Positions 12,819-25,754 are shown, numbered from the stretch's first letter. The stretch: 64,000 bases of DNA from Octopus vulgaris (GCA_951406725.2 OX597818.1:117242001-117306000); one strand, 5' to 3'. Made by a program: numbers and translations. Notes: generated by a model from the sequence alone, not told the origin.

Positions 12819-13337
12819 TTATTTTCCGCCCCTCCGGCGCCTGACAAAGCTCAATGCTTCACTCAAGCACCTCGATGGTGCTAGGTCGGGGTGCTTCGGC
12901 AGTAAGCAGAATGTGTCTTCTGGTAAGAAGTTCATCACCTTGTACAAATCGGTATCCCACAGGACCTCCAGAGCTATCTGCGGAGGCCAATCAGAGTCCT
13001 TAATGCAGGTTAGAACCTCTCCCATCCGACCTTCTTTGGTAAACTTTTTAATAAAATATTCGACTGTCCCTCCCTTGTGGAATAAGACAAAAAATTCCTC
13101 CTCCACCTGGGTCGAAGCCAGAGTTCCCACCGTCGGTGGCACAATATCCACCAATGGGGTTCCGGAACATGCAGGCAATGTAACCACCGGCAATGCCCCG
13201 TTTTTCTTTTTTTCTATTTTACCACGGGAGGGGGTACTTCTTCCGTTTTGTCCGGAAGATTTTCCTTCTCTCCCTCGGTGAGTAACTATTGTTGCCCACC
13301 CTCTTCCTTTTTCAAGGATGTGGGGTGTAGTCGTTAT
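12819..13337 (-). other. Stop-free 172-codon frame in a GC-rich segment; possibly a retroelement ORF1-type C-terminal fragment
   Basis: Extending ORF 12819-13193 upstream by hand keeps it open to the stop at 13338-13340 (..GRGWATIVTHRGREGKSSGQNGRSTPSRGKIEKKKNGALPVVTL..WPPQIALEVLWDTDLYKV..); normal protein-like complexity; no upstream ATG and no confident family. Confidence 0.4.
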
Positions 13338-13477
13338 TTAATATCAGTCCCGTACTGGGGTCGATCTGATGGACTGGCCCTCTGCCCGCCAAAATTTCCG
13401 GCCTTGTGCTTCGAGTAGAAAGAATTTTACGAAGTCGTTACCGTCGAAGAACCAGGCAAAAAGTATTGTATAAATGT

Positions 13478-13684
13478 AGCTGTGTTGTAAGTAGCTCACT
13501 CCCCCACTTGACAGCGGTTGTTGGTGTGTTTACCTCTCCGTATCTTAGCGGTTCGACAAAATACTCCGATAGAATAAGTACTAGGCTTACAAAGAGTAGG
13601 TCCTTGGGATCGATATGTTCGACTAAAGGCAGGGCTCCAGCATGGTCGCAGTAAAACGACTGAAACAAATAAAAGAGTAAAAGA
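13478..13684 (+). mobile_element. Internally deleted SINE family A copy
   Basis: Head gctgtgttgtaagtagc joined directly to the 3' half and tail. Confidence 0.8.
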
Positions 13685-13728
13685 TAATAATATACATTTA
13701 TATAATTTAAAAGCACCCTAGAAGTTGT

Positions 13729-14147
13729 GCGAGCTGGCAGAATTGTTAGTAGACCGGGCGAAATGCTTAGGGCGTTTCGTCTATCTTTACTTTCTGAGTT
13801 GAAATTCCGCTGAGGTCGGCTTTTCCTTTTATCCTTTCGGGCTCGATAAATTAAGTACCACTTGCATACTGAGGTCGATCTAATTGACTGGTCACCCCCC
13901 CACCAGAATTTCGTGCTTAGTGCCTAGAGTAGAAAAGAATATATTTCAAGGCGGCGAGCTAGCAGAAGCGTTAGTACGCCGAGGGAAATGCTTAGCGGTG
14001 TTTCGTCTGTCTTTACGTTCTAAGTTCAATTTCCTTTTATCCTTTCGGGCTCGATAAATTAAGTACCAGTTGCGTACTGGAGTCGATCTAATCCCCGCCT
14101 TCCAACAAAACATTTCGGGCCTTGTGCCTAGAGTAGAAAAGAATATT
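13729..14147 (+). mobile_element. Two tandem SINE family B copies with alternative tail (..gggccttgtgcctagagtagaaaagaat)
   Basis: Monomers at about 13729-13941 and 13948-14147. Confidence 0.88.
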
Positions 14148-14489
14148 TATCATATCAGCTCTGAAATAACGGCGAAACGAATTTCGAATATAAAGCTTCA
14201 TTCTCTTTTCCAACCGGTGCATAAGAAGAAAAATGGTTGGAGCATTTTAACACAGATAACTTTAAAACTATTATGAAAACCATGAGTTAAGGCTATCGGT
14301 TTTGGTATCTCTTTTAGACAAGTGAATTCTTAGAAACAAATATTTTAATAATAGCGCTAACATATTTATTTTTAATTTAAATATTTTCCCAAAGAAATAG
14401 GTAAAAAAAAAATAAAGAAAAGGTAAAAAATAGTTTAAACAAATTCAGAACGAAAAAAAGTAGTTAAAATATATGGTTAACGGTGTTGG

Positions 14490-14697
14490 CAGGGAAGAAG
14501 GAGGAGAAGGAGAAGAAGAGGAAGAAGAAGAAGAAAAAGAAGAAGAAGAAGAAGAAGAAGAAGAAGAAGAAGAAGAAGAAGAAGAAGAAGAAGAAGAAGA
14601 AGGAGAAGAAGAAGAAGAAGAAGAAGAAGAAGGGGAAGAAGAAGAAGGGGAAGAAGAAGAAGAAGAAGAAGAAGAAGGAGAGGAAAAAGAAGAAGAA

Positions 14698-14744
<47 letters not shown>

Positions 14745-15350
14745 AGAAGAAGAAGAAGAGGAAAAAGAAGAAGAGGAAGTAGAAGAAGAAGTAGAAGTAG
14801 AAGGAGAAGGGGAAGAAGAAGAAGAAGAAGAAGAAGAAGAAGAAGAAGAAGAAGAAGAAGAAGAAGAAGAAGAAGAAGAAGGATGAGGAAGGGAAGAGGA
14901 CCAGAAGACAAAGGAACTATCGTTAATGATGATGATGGTGATGATGAAAAAGAAAATCAAGTTGATGACGAAGGAGAGGGAAAAGAAGAAGAAGAAGAAA
15001 AAGGAGAAGAAGAAGAAGAGCAACAAGAACAACAACAGCAAAGAGGAGGAAAGGGAAAAAAAAGCAGATGAATATGAAGAAGTAGGAGGAAAGCAGAAGA
15101 AAGAGGAGAAGAAAAGGGGGGATGGAGGAGTGAAAAACAGAAGTAGATGGAAAAGAAGGCAGAGAAGAAGATGAAGAAGAAGAAGAAGATGAAGAAGAAG
15201 AAGAAGAAGAAGAAGAAGAAGAAGAAGAAGAAGAAGAAGAAGAAGGAAAACGGAAAGAAAAAAACAGGAGTAGAAGGAAGAGTAGAGAAAAAACATGAAA
15301 GCGAAGAAGGAGGAGGGGGAAAGAACGACAAAAATGGCGATGAAAAACCG
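14490..15350. repeat. Long (GAA)n-rich polypurine tract
   Basis: Direct inspection. Confidence 0.95.
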
Positions 15351-15469
15351 TAAAGAAAAAAATACAGTTAAAAATATATAAAAAGAAAATGCAGAAAAGA
15401 ACAACAATCTCAGCAACAAAGATTAAAACAAAAGACAAAACAAATATACATGAAAGCTTGTGTATATAT

Positions 15470-15526
15470 GCATATCTGTCTATCTATCGCTCTCTGCACC
15501 CCTCTCTCTCTGTATCTACCTATCTA

Positions 15527-15579
<53 letters not shown>

Positions 15580-16037
15580 TCCTTTATTTATCTCTTTCTC
15601 GCTCTCTGTCTCTCTCTCTCTCTCTATGTATCTATTTACCTATGTGTGTATGTATGTATGTATGTATCTATCTATCTATCTGTATATCGCTCTCTCTATC
15701 TATCTATATATCTATCTGTCTATCTATCCATATTTCTATCCATCCAGCCAGCCATCCTTCTGTATGTCTGTCTGTCTATCGATCTGTCTATCTATCTGCC
15801 TGTCTTTGTCTCTCTCTCTGTCTCTGTCTCTCTCTCTCTATGTATGTATGTATCTATCTATCTATCCATCTACCTATCTATCTTTCTATCTATCTATCCA
15901 TGTTTCTATCCATTCATCACCCAGCTTTCTGTCTGTCTCTGTCTACCGATCTATCTATCTATTTGCTTATATTTGTCTCTCTCTGTCTTTTTTTCTCTCT
16001 ATGTATCTATCTCGCTATATATCTATCCATCCATACT

Positions 16038-16103
<66 letters not shown>

Positions 16104-16113
16104 CATCCATACT

Positions 16114-16144
<31 letters not shown>

Positions 16145-16220
16145 GTATGTCTGTCTGTCTTTCTACCTGTCTCTCTTTGTCTCTCTCCCTCTCTCCCTCT
16201 CTTTCTCTCTCTCTCTTTAC
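15470..16220. repeat. (TCTA)n/(TC)n/(TA)n compound microsatellite with a diverged duplication of about 170 bp period
   Basis: 15725-15820 resembles 15895-15985. Confidence 0.9.
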
Positions 16221-16764
16221 GTATCTGTGTGTATAATGATAAAAAGAAAAAGAAAATGGTCAGAGAGTGAAGAGTAGAGAGCAGAGGAGCAAAGCGAATC
16301 GTAAATGGTTGGGGTGCTAAAGATATTTTCCCGTAGCTACCATTTCGAAACCACCGATAGCAATTTTCTCACCGCCCTTCCTTGTTCTTGCTAGTCCACG
16401 CTGAAGTTGCTACACACTCCCCACCCCAGCTCAGAACAGCCACACCACATCTCCTCAGCTATAGTTGCCCCCAAGTGCACCCGAGCCCTTCTCACCCCCC
16501 GTTCACATTGCAGAAATATCATCTTCTTTTTTTGTTTGTTTCTTATATAGTTTTTGCTGTTTTGGATTTTTCTTTATTGTGTGTATCAGGAACTCTCTGG
16601 CTTCTATTTTATTCATGTTGGCTACTTCTCAAGAATTTCCCAAGATTTTCCAAGACTTATATAGCTTAGAACGTAAAAGAAAATTGATAGCAGAAAGAAA
16701 GAAGAAAAAACAAAAGAAAACACGAGAAATTACGAGAGAAAGAGCGGGAATAAAGAGAGGTAAG

Positions 16765-16797
<33 letters not shown>

Positions 16798-17211
16798 CTA
16801 CTGGTATGATTGGGATTAGGAACGTAAGAGAATAAGAGAACAAGAGGGAGTGAGAGAGGGGGAGAGAGAAACAGAGACAGAGACGAAAAGAGAAGTAGTG
16901 AGGAAAGCAGTAGTCAGAACCATCAGGAAAGAGAGAGATATAGAGAGCGAGAGAGAGAGACAAAGCGAGAGTGAATGTGTGAGAGGGAAAGACAGAGAAA
17001 GAATGTGTATAGTTGTGATATAGGCACAGAGAAAAAAATTATGAGGAGGGGTGAGAGGCAACGTAGCGAGTAAAATGGAGAGAATGGGAGAGAAACCACG
17101 AGAGAATGATCAATACATAAGCATGCAAATACACACGCACACGCACACACACACACGTATGCACAAATATATGCGCATACATTTATATATATATATGTGT
17201 GTGTGTGTCTG

Positions 17212-17534
17212 AGGGTGTGTGGCTTAGCGGTTAGGGCATTTGGCTCACGATCTTAAGGTCGTGAGCTCGAATCCCGGCGACGCGTTGTGTCCTTGAGCAA
17301 GACACTTTATTTCAGGTTGATCCAGTCCAGTCAGCTGGCAAAAATGAGTAGTACCTGTATTTCAAAGGGCAAGTCTTATCACTCTGCGTCACGCTGAATC
17401 TCCATGAGAACTACGTTAGGGGCACACGTGTATGTGGATTGCTCAGCCACTTGCACGTTAATTTCACGAACGAAGCTGTTTCCTTGATCGTATCAGCTGA
17501 GACCCTCGTCGTCGTAACCATCGGCGGAGTGCTC
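17212..17534 (+). mobile_element. tRNA-derived SINE family C copy
   Basis: A-box tggcttagcggttag, B-box-like gagctcgaatccc, core gttgtgtccttgagcaagacactttatttc. Confidence 0.85.
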
Positions 17535-17538
17535 ATTT

Positions 17539-17575
<37 letters not shown>

Positions 17576-17905
17576 CATATTTTGATAAGCATAACAAATG
17601 CGCAACCGGTAAAAAGAACTTTCACCTAATTAAATTACTTAAATTACTTCAATTATTTGTCAGCATTTTCTTCATTTCCTTTTTTATATATATATATATA
17701 TATACAAATGGGACAAGAATGCAAAATATCCGGACAGTTAGGTGATACAAAATTGAGACAACAAAACATCCAGATAGACGATACAAAGAAACCAAAGTCT
17801 TCTTTCCTCAGTCGAGTACCAGATTATCTTCGCAATTTTGGATTATATATATATATATATATAGGAAAAAAGCAACAAGAATGGATTAAAATCAATTACT
17901 TAACC

Positions 17906-17969
<64 letters not shown>

Positions 17970-19585
17970 CCAATAAAATTATGAAAAGAATGTAAAGAAA
18001 TGTGATAATTTGTAATATTTATTTAAGTAGTGTTATTATTGTGGTTTCACTGGAGGCCTCAACAAATCTCTTCTTGATTTCTTTTCGATTTCCTTTTTTT
18101 TTTTTTCTTAACGTGGCCGCAGTCAGAAACTAGTAAAAGAAATTGATTTTTTTTCGAAATATGTCTTAAAATATTTTCTTTATTTCTTATGAAGGTAGTG
18201 TACGAGTTTCGTTGATTCCACTGCTAATTCTAGCCAGTTGTATGAGAATTTATAGGCCACTTCGCTGTTTCGAAATCTGACAAGGAATGCAGAAAAGAGT
18301 ATTTAAAATTTCAGGCGATAGAAGACGAAGCAAAAGAAGCGCTTAATAATATAGACATGGAGAAAACCATGCGTTTGAGAAGTTTATTTGGGACCAAAGC
18401 GATCGGGTATCGATCCTAGATGACAAAAAATTGGCCATGTATCTTTTATCTGTAGCAAGTCTTTGACCAATAAGCTGTAAAGGGAAATTCAGAAAGAAAA
18501 CATTGCGGAAGGCTGTTATGAGTGGATGTGTATGAGTGTACTGGTGGTGTCATTGTTTATTTCTATGTCAAACAGGTTTTGTGTTTAAAAAAACGCAACT
18601 TGGGGCATTGAGAAATAAGAAAGACACGTAAAATACTAGCTTGAGATCAGTAAGACTGAGTAAACCTGTGAAGGTAGTGCCCGGGTATGGGAGCAATCTA
18701 ATTGCTGAAACCACTAGAAATAATGGGTGAACGTTTTTACTATTGTTGATAGTGAAATTGTTGATAATGTTGTGTTGTGATAGTTACTTCTGCCCCGACT
18801 AATAACACGGAGGAATTAACACGAAGAAGATGAAGAACAACAAGATAAAGAAAAATAAAGAAAATAAGGAAAAAAAAAACAACAAACAAACAAAACACTG
18901 GGTGGAAGAGGAGGAGGAAGGGGAGGAGGAATGTAGGATGGTTAAAGAATAAGGAAAACAAAACAACAGCAGACGAAGGAGGATGGTAAGACGTACGATA
19001 AAAAAAACCACAACAATAAAAAATACATCAGTAGCAATTAGAACAACAATTACACTATAACAGGTAGGACGCGCAAGGAAAATAAATCTGCTCTCTCTGA
19101 CATCACAAAAGCATCCAACGAATTTCTACTGATAGAAGATCGTGTGGAAGACATCTTTGAAATGAAGATAATTGCTTTCTCGTTTATTTATTTATTGTTT
19201 CTGTAGCATATCTATAGCTCTTTATGATGTTTATTTCCTTATTGAAAGCTTGTTGTTGTTTTTGCTGTCGTGGTGGTAGTGGATGTTGTTATTGTTGCTG
19301 TTTTCGTTGCTTTTGTAGATGTTACTACCGTTGTTCGTTTCGGCGTTTGATGATATTGTATTTGAATGAATTAGTTCGCGTTGCGTAATGTTTATTGCCA
19401 ATAAGCGACAAATAATTAAATAATATGAAAGCAATTATAAGTTGTCTATGAAAAATCCTGCGTATATCCTGGTTAAAATAGGTGAGTAACAGAGTCCTCT
19501 GTGCAAGGACTCATCAGCAACGAGTTAAAATCAAAAAGATAAAGAAAATGAGATGGGAAAGGATAGGGCTCACACTTAACGCAAT

Positions 19586-19930
19586 TTGATTAGATCGATT
19601 GTTATATGGAATCTCCAGGGAAATAAAAACGTGATCGGTTACGTAGTATCTGGCTTAGAAAAATACGTCCTGGTAGCATGGAATGTGAGTTACACCTGGG
19701 ATATACTACCTCAGTACAAGAATGATAGAATATTCTCAGTGTTTATAAAGGATGCAAAATCAATTATAAACCAACGAACGACACTTATAATGAAGCCGGA
19801 CCCATTACAATTAGAGTGTCGCACTCAAATGACATCTTTATGTAAAATTTTAAATGCCATCGGAGACAAAGAGCATCTTGAATCCTTAGTAGTGGGTTCA
19901 GTCGAGGACTGCGCTGAACCCAGAGAAAAT
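19586..19930 (+). pseudogene. Possible decayed L1/Tx1-like ORF1 fragment
   Basis: SYTWDILP...LIMKPD..RTQMTSL..EHL..GSVED loosely resembles Tx1-type ORF1 as I recall it; weak. Confidence 0.3.
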
Positions 19931-20039
19931 CACATTTGCCCATTATTTTTCTTCTTTTACTTGTTTCAGTCATTAACAATAATTGGAATACGAATTGGAA
20001 AAAGTAACTGATTTCTTATGTTGGACTCCCGGGTTGATA

Positions 20040-20450
20040 AGCCCATTTAGACTTTCATTGTTAAAACATGTTCACCTTTGTTAAAAATGAACGTCATTTG
20101 GAAATCAAACCTGAACGGAAGATGAAAATTAGATACTTTCGAGCAGCACTAGAAATGGTGCTCTTATTCGGATGCACTACAAGGTTCATCATTAAAGAAA
20201 TATTACACAGAATATACATAAGTTGTCAGGGACAAAATCTTAACATCAAATTGCGATCTCATAGAACAAACAAAGTTCTTTAAGGAAAATTTCAAAGAAT
20301 TGTTTCGACCGTAAAAGGAAGACCAAGATTATATCGACAATGATTTCGTAATAAAGATGGGGTAGTGAGTCAAAGGCAGATGTAGGAACCAGCAAATGGA
20401 AAGCGATATAAGGGTATTTATCGACCAACTGGCTTCAGACTCTGCTTTAC
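20040..20450 (+). pseudogene. Decayed RTE-clade LINE RT C-terminal fragment
   Basis: KIRYFRAALEMVLLFGCTT (KIRLFRATVESVLLYGSETW-like) followed by LNIKLRSHRTNKVL. Confidence 0.65.
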
Positions 20451-22039
20451 TAAAGAGCAACTTACCAAAAGAAGGAACACAGCTGATGAGAGTTTCATTG
20501 TGTTCATCTGTGGATGAACCGATTTGTATTTAGGTAAAGAGGAGAGATAGGAGAGTATTGTAGTTCGCTCGAAGCATTGTGTACTGTTTGTAAAGAATAA
20601 AATACTTTGAATGACACAACAATGCACTATAATACAAACAATGGACTATAAAAACTGTTGTAATTTAATCATCCATAGTCTGATATAATATTTCGGAATA
20701 AAATTCATTCTTCAGATATCCCTAGCGAAATTGATGCTTATAAAAATTGATGTCTAGCGCATCGAATATGGTATAAAATTTATATAGTGTTAGATCTCGA
20801 TTTGAGGTCCGAACCTATCTACCTTTACTATTCATCTTTCCATCAGCATATAAAATAAGTGAAGTGGTTGACGTATTCAACAATACACAATATTACTGTT
20901 CTCCGGTGTAGCCATAGTTTCCCGACTAAAAACGTGAAATGAGGCAGAGATAAATTTTGCAATTAGCTTTTCAAAAACGCGTAGCTAGTTGTCATTTAAT
21001 TGGAAAAATATAAATATAAATAATATAAATATTTCTTATTTGTTCAGACAATTATTTCTTTCATTTCACGTCATATAACATCTCAACCTTGCAAGAAAGT
21101 CTTTATTTTAACTTTGAATGTATCATTATGTTTTTTGATTTATACTCGAAAATGATATTGTTCTACGAATATTTCTTTTTCCCTCCAATTCTCTCTTTTT
21201 TATTGTCTTTTCTTACGCCAAGAGATGTTCGTAATTGAATACCAATGATGGCATTACAATACACAAGAGACAAACGAAGATGTGATACAAACAGTGTTGG
21301 ATGATCGATTATCGTTTTTCTTTCTTTGTCGATAGTGCTCAGCAAAGCATTATAGGAATTACAATTCATCCTGTGTCGTACATCGGAAAATATTTCGTAT
21401 TCATATTCTGGATGTAAGACCTTCATCATTAATCAAGTTATACCATCATATCTAGAATCATTATTCTGATTTAATTACATATAGGCAACCAGAATCAATA
21501 TTATTTCTAAACACTAATTTGGTACCTTTAAGCGTACATAAATGTGGTACCTTTAAGCGTACAACTTCAGAAAATGAGGATCGGTAAGAAAAAAGATTTT
21601 ACAGCATTTCATCATGTAATTTACACGCTGTGTTCCTTTCAGTCAAGGAATCCCCGGGTTCCTTAATATCAAACAAACGAGCACACCGAGCGATGTATAA
21701 GGAAAAAGAAGCACGCCCTAAAGAACGGAGCAGTAATATATTTACATGCAGTTAGATTATATGTTCGGCCATAGAGTGACCAATGGTTTCGCTTACAAAA
21801 AGCGTTTAGATTTATAGACGACTCGTCTAATTGTCGGCGATGGCGCAGCCGACCGAAACACCGCAGCCACTGTCAATAGCAGGCTTGCTTAAGAATAAGC
21901 ACATATATACACACGCACACACACACACACACACACGCGCATATATATATTTTCTTTTATTCTTTTATTCATCTCAGAGCATATAACCGGTCAAAAACCG
22001 TTACGGTCAGTTAATTTGTAAATAAAGAATAATATTCAC

Positions 22040-22290
22040 TGTTTGAGCTTTAAACAAGACGAGTTATCTCCTCTGGAGTGCTTCAAGCTTTTTAATATTC
22101 CTGGTTCGTGAGGGAGACAAAAGCGCACAAAAGTATTCAAGGTGAGAGCAGGTGAAGGTAGCAAAAAGAAGGATAATAATTGGAGCATCTCTGGAAAGTC
22201 CTGAGGATGCAGGTGCAGAATTGGTGCAGTGTTTGGAACTAGTTGCTGCCTTGAGACTCGTGGCATATTCAGTTGAACGCTTGTGATCCT
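22040..22290 (-). pseudogene. CR1/L2-group LINE RT C-terminal fragment
   Basis: ILRTF then SRDAPIIILLFATFTCSHLEYFCALLSPSRTRNIKKLEALQRR (RPHLEYC..WSP....I..LE.VQRR motif). Confidence 0.75.
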
Positions 22291-22414
22291 ACACACACAC
22301 ACACGCATATATATATTTCGTACAGGTGCCCTGAAAATATTCTGCCCTTGCTTCGGTATGTACGTATAGGTTCCTTTAATTTTGTTTTGTACGCGATATC
22401 GAGTTCATCGACCT

Positions 22415-22560
22415 GACTTTGTGCTTTACTATTGAAGGACGTGATTCACTGGAATCCTAAAATTTTATATATATAATTTTATATATATATATATAAAATT
22501 ATATATATAAAATTTTAGGATTCCAGTGAATCACGTCCTTCAATAATAAAGCACAAAGTC
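22415..22560. repeat. 146-bp near-perfect palindrome centred on (TA)n
   Basis: gactttgtgctttactattgaaggacgtg... versus ...cacgtccttcaataataaagcacaaagtc; one mismatch seen. Confidence 0.95.
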
Positions 22561-22589
22561 CTGCGCCTATATATATATATATATATATA

Positions 22590-22988
22590 GGCGCAGGAGT
22601 GGCTGTGTGATAAGTAGCTTGCTTACTAACCACATGGTTCCGAGTTCATTCCAACTGCGTGGCACCTTGGGCAAGAGTCTTCTGTTATAGCCCCGGGTCG
22701 ACCAAAGCCTTGTGAGTGGATTTGGTAGACGATAACTGAAAGAAACCTGTCGTATATATGTATATATGTGTGTGTGTGTATGTGTGTGCGTATTTATGTG
22801 TTTGTGTTTGTCCCCCCAACATCACTTTGCAACCGATGGTGGTGTGTTTACGTCCCGGTAACTTAGCGGTTAGAATAAGTACTAGGGTTACAAATAATAA
22901 GTCCTGGGCTCGATTTGCTCGACTAAAGGCGGTGCTCCAGCATGGCCACAGTCAAATGACTGAAACAAGTAAAAGAGTCAAAGAGAGT
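22590..22988 (+). mobile_element. SINE family A copy
   Basis: Full head ggcgcaggagtggctgtgtg through tail, with a short internal deletion. Confidence 0.92.
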
Positions 22989-23080
22989 ATAAACACAGTG
23001 GTGCTCCAGCATGAGCATAGCCGCATAAAAGAATGTATATATGCGCGCGTGTGTCTGCGTGTGCGCGTGCATGTATGTGT

Positions 23081-23214
23081 GAGTTTATTTTTAAGCAAGC
23101 CTGCTATTGACAATGGCTTCGATGTTTCAGCCAGCTAAGCTATCGTTGAAAATAGATTAACTGGCTGATACTTCGAAGTCACTGTCAAAAGCTTTCTTGC
23201 TTGAGAATAAACTT
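23081..23214. repeat. Imperfect foldback with arms of about 63 bp; related to 21838-21900
   Basis: agtttatttttaagcaag..ttgacaatggcttcgatgtttcagccagctaagctat pairs with atagattaactggctgatacttcgaagtcactgtcaa..cttgcttgagaataaact. Confidence 0.8.
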
Positions 23215-23874
23215 GTATTCTACAAAAAATATATATAGTAATACCTCAGATTGATATGAATTCATCATAATTAAACATAAAAGCAAACATACATTTATAC
23301 ATACATGTATATATACATATGAATGTGTATAGATAAACATAATCACATACAATAACACACACATACACATCACACACATACTAGCATACACCTTTCTTTT
23401 ACGAACTAGAAGTTGAATAAGTACCCCATATATAAAGCAAAGCAAAAATGACTGTTACTAAAAGATATTTATTATACCCGTGAATTATTAACGTAGAAAT
23501 TGGTGCGACTTCATTTATCAAGATATTGGTGAAATCACCTACGGCTGCTTTTATAGCATACGGAATAAAATGTTCTACTATATTATACTAAACAGAGTGA
23601 AAGCATACTTATTAGTGCATCTATTTCAACCAACTACATAATGTATCAAAATTAGATGCGAAGGAAGCAGGTAATTAAAGCGTAGGCTTGTATGCATATA
23701 TACCTGGGTATAACATTTAAATTCACGCATACATACACGCATGCATGCCATATATATATATGTATGTATGTATGTATGTATATATATATATATATATACA
23801 CATATATATACATATACATATATATAAAAATATAGATATATGTATATATAAACATATATATATACATACATATA

Positions 23875-23924
<50 letters not shown>

Positions 23925-24035
23925 TAAACATGCATACATATGTAGGTATATATATGTATGTATGTATATATATATATATATATGTACATGCATATACATA
24001 CATGAATATATATATATATGCATAAATATGCATAC

Positions 24036-24068
<33 letters not shown>

Positions 24069-24624
24069 TATATGTATATATATATGTGTGTATAAATATA
24101 TATATATAAATTATGGCAAATTGTCTTCTAATAATGGAAATGATATTAGTAACTGCAATAAATATGTATGCGAACGAAATAGTGATGAAAGCTCAAATAA
24201 GGGGAAAATGTAGGCAAATAAGTCTTTAATGATCTTTTTGTCGGTTCTTCATTTAAATGGAAAGAAGCCAAAATTTTCACACATTACTTATTGAAGTTAT
24301 TGGGTGTAATCCACAGAGAAGCCTTAATCCAGGTGTCACTTTGTGTAATATGTTGTATCTTAGGCTGGGATTCCACCAGCTGTATCTGGATTAATTTATT
24401 TGTGCCATTATTTCAATAATCCCTTTTACAATTGACGTCGGTTTCCGAAGCCTATTCAACGGCCGTTTACTGTGTACTTAGAGGATTTCCTCTTCTGCAA
24501 CGCTTTATTCTTCCCTACTGTACAAAAGTAACATTCATTTCTCTTCAATTTAATCTTAATGTTGGACTTTATTAGGAAATTTCATCTTAGAAGATTGGAG
24601 GTGAGGAGCAATTTTCCCTCGCAA

Positions 24625-24655
<31 letters not shown>

Positions 24656-24859
24656 CACAGCAGCAGCAGCCGCTCAAGAGTTTGGACCTGGGGATCTCCA
24701 TTTCCAGCGACTTCGATGGCCACCTCCCAGTGGTTTCGGGCGTCAACGAAGTGCCCTCGACTACAACAAGACGACCAAAGTTCTTTTTCCAAGGTCTGGG
24801 GTTTCCCGCCCCTAAGTCCTGACCATCACCTAATCACCCTTACCTGTCTTGTTGCTTAA

Positions 24860-24892
24860 CAACAACAACAACAATAAGAGCAGCAGCAGCAA

Positions 24893-24947
<55 letters not shown>

Positions 24948-24948
24948 T

Positions 24949-24995
<47 letters not shown>

Positions 24996-25105
24996 TGTAG
25001 TAGTGGTAGTAGTTGTAGTAGTAGTAGTAGTTGTAGTAGTAGTAGTAGTAGCGGCGGAAGCCACAGCAGCAGCAGCAGTAGTAGTTGCAGCAGCATCAGC
25101 AGCAG
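24860..25105. repeat. (AAC)n(AGC)n(TAG)n compound microsatellite
   Basis: Direct inspection. Confidence 0.95.
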
Positions 25106-25140
25106 TGATTACTTCTAAATATTGGCTAATTAACAAAACT

Positions 25141-25754
25141 TCTATCTTTTACTTGATTCAGGCATGCTGGGGCACTGCTGGGGTACGGCAATGCTTTGAA
25201 ATTGTTTTGTCTAATGAATCGACTCCAGCGCTTATTTTAACATTGCTAATGTTGGTCTCTAGAGTCGACAAACTAAGTTACGGGAATGTAAACACAGCCT
25301 GATGGGTCAAGCAGATGGGGGACAACCACAAGTACACCTACACATACATACATGCATACAAGCTGAGACACCCTTCGGTCATGACTGACCATGGGATTCC
25401 ACCTAGAAAGTTACTCTCCCAGGCACAAGTGCGGGCAAGGTTGTTTTTATGGAAGGCCAGCAGTCACCCATGCGTACCGGCCTCCCTTCTCCGCGCCACC
25501 AGTGTTATCCAAGGGAAAGACAAAGGGGCCGATACAGCTTGGCACTTGTGACGTTGCAACTCATTTGTACAGCTGAGATTAACTGGAGCAACGTGAGATA
25601 AAGTGTCTTCCTCAAGAACACAACACGCAGCCCGGTCCAGGGATCGAACTCACAACCTCACAATCGTAAGCTCGATGTTCTAACAACTGCGCCATGCACC
25701 TTTACAAGCATACATACATATATATACGCGTGCGCACACACACACACGCACACA

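Noticed and set aside
14445-16277. Long ORFs (poly-E, poly-K, poly-S/L, YLSI-rich, up to 324 aa)
   Set aside because: Translations of GAA and TCTA microsatellites that lack stops in several frames
16320-16520. GC-richer unique patch as an exon or promoter
   Set aside because: No recognisable protein similarity, paired splice sites or promoter elements
17212-17282. tRNA gene-like A/B boxes (also heads of SINE A and B)
   Set aside because: No convincing cloverleaf, and each continues into a shared SINE body
22055-22100. SPLECFKLF piggyBac-like peptide on +
   Set aside because: The opposite strand gives a much longer CR1-type RT match
23626-24213. YIYI/VCVC/HTHT ORFs here and throughout the window
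   Set aside because: Dinucleotide repeat artefacts
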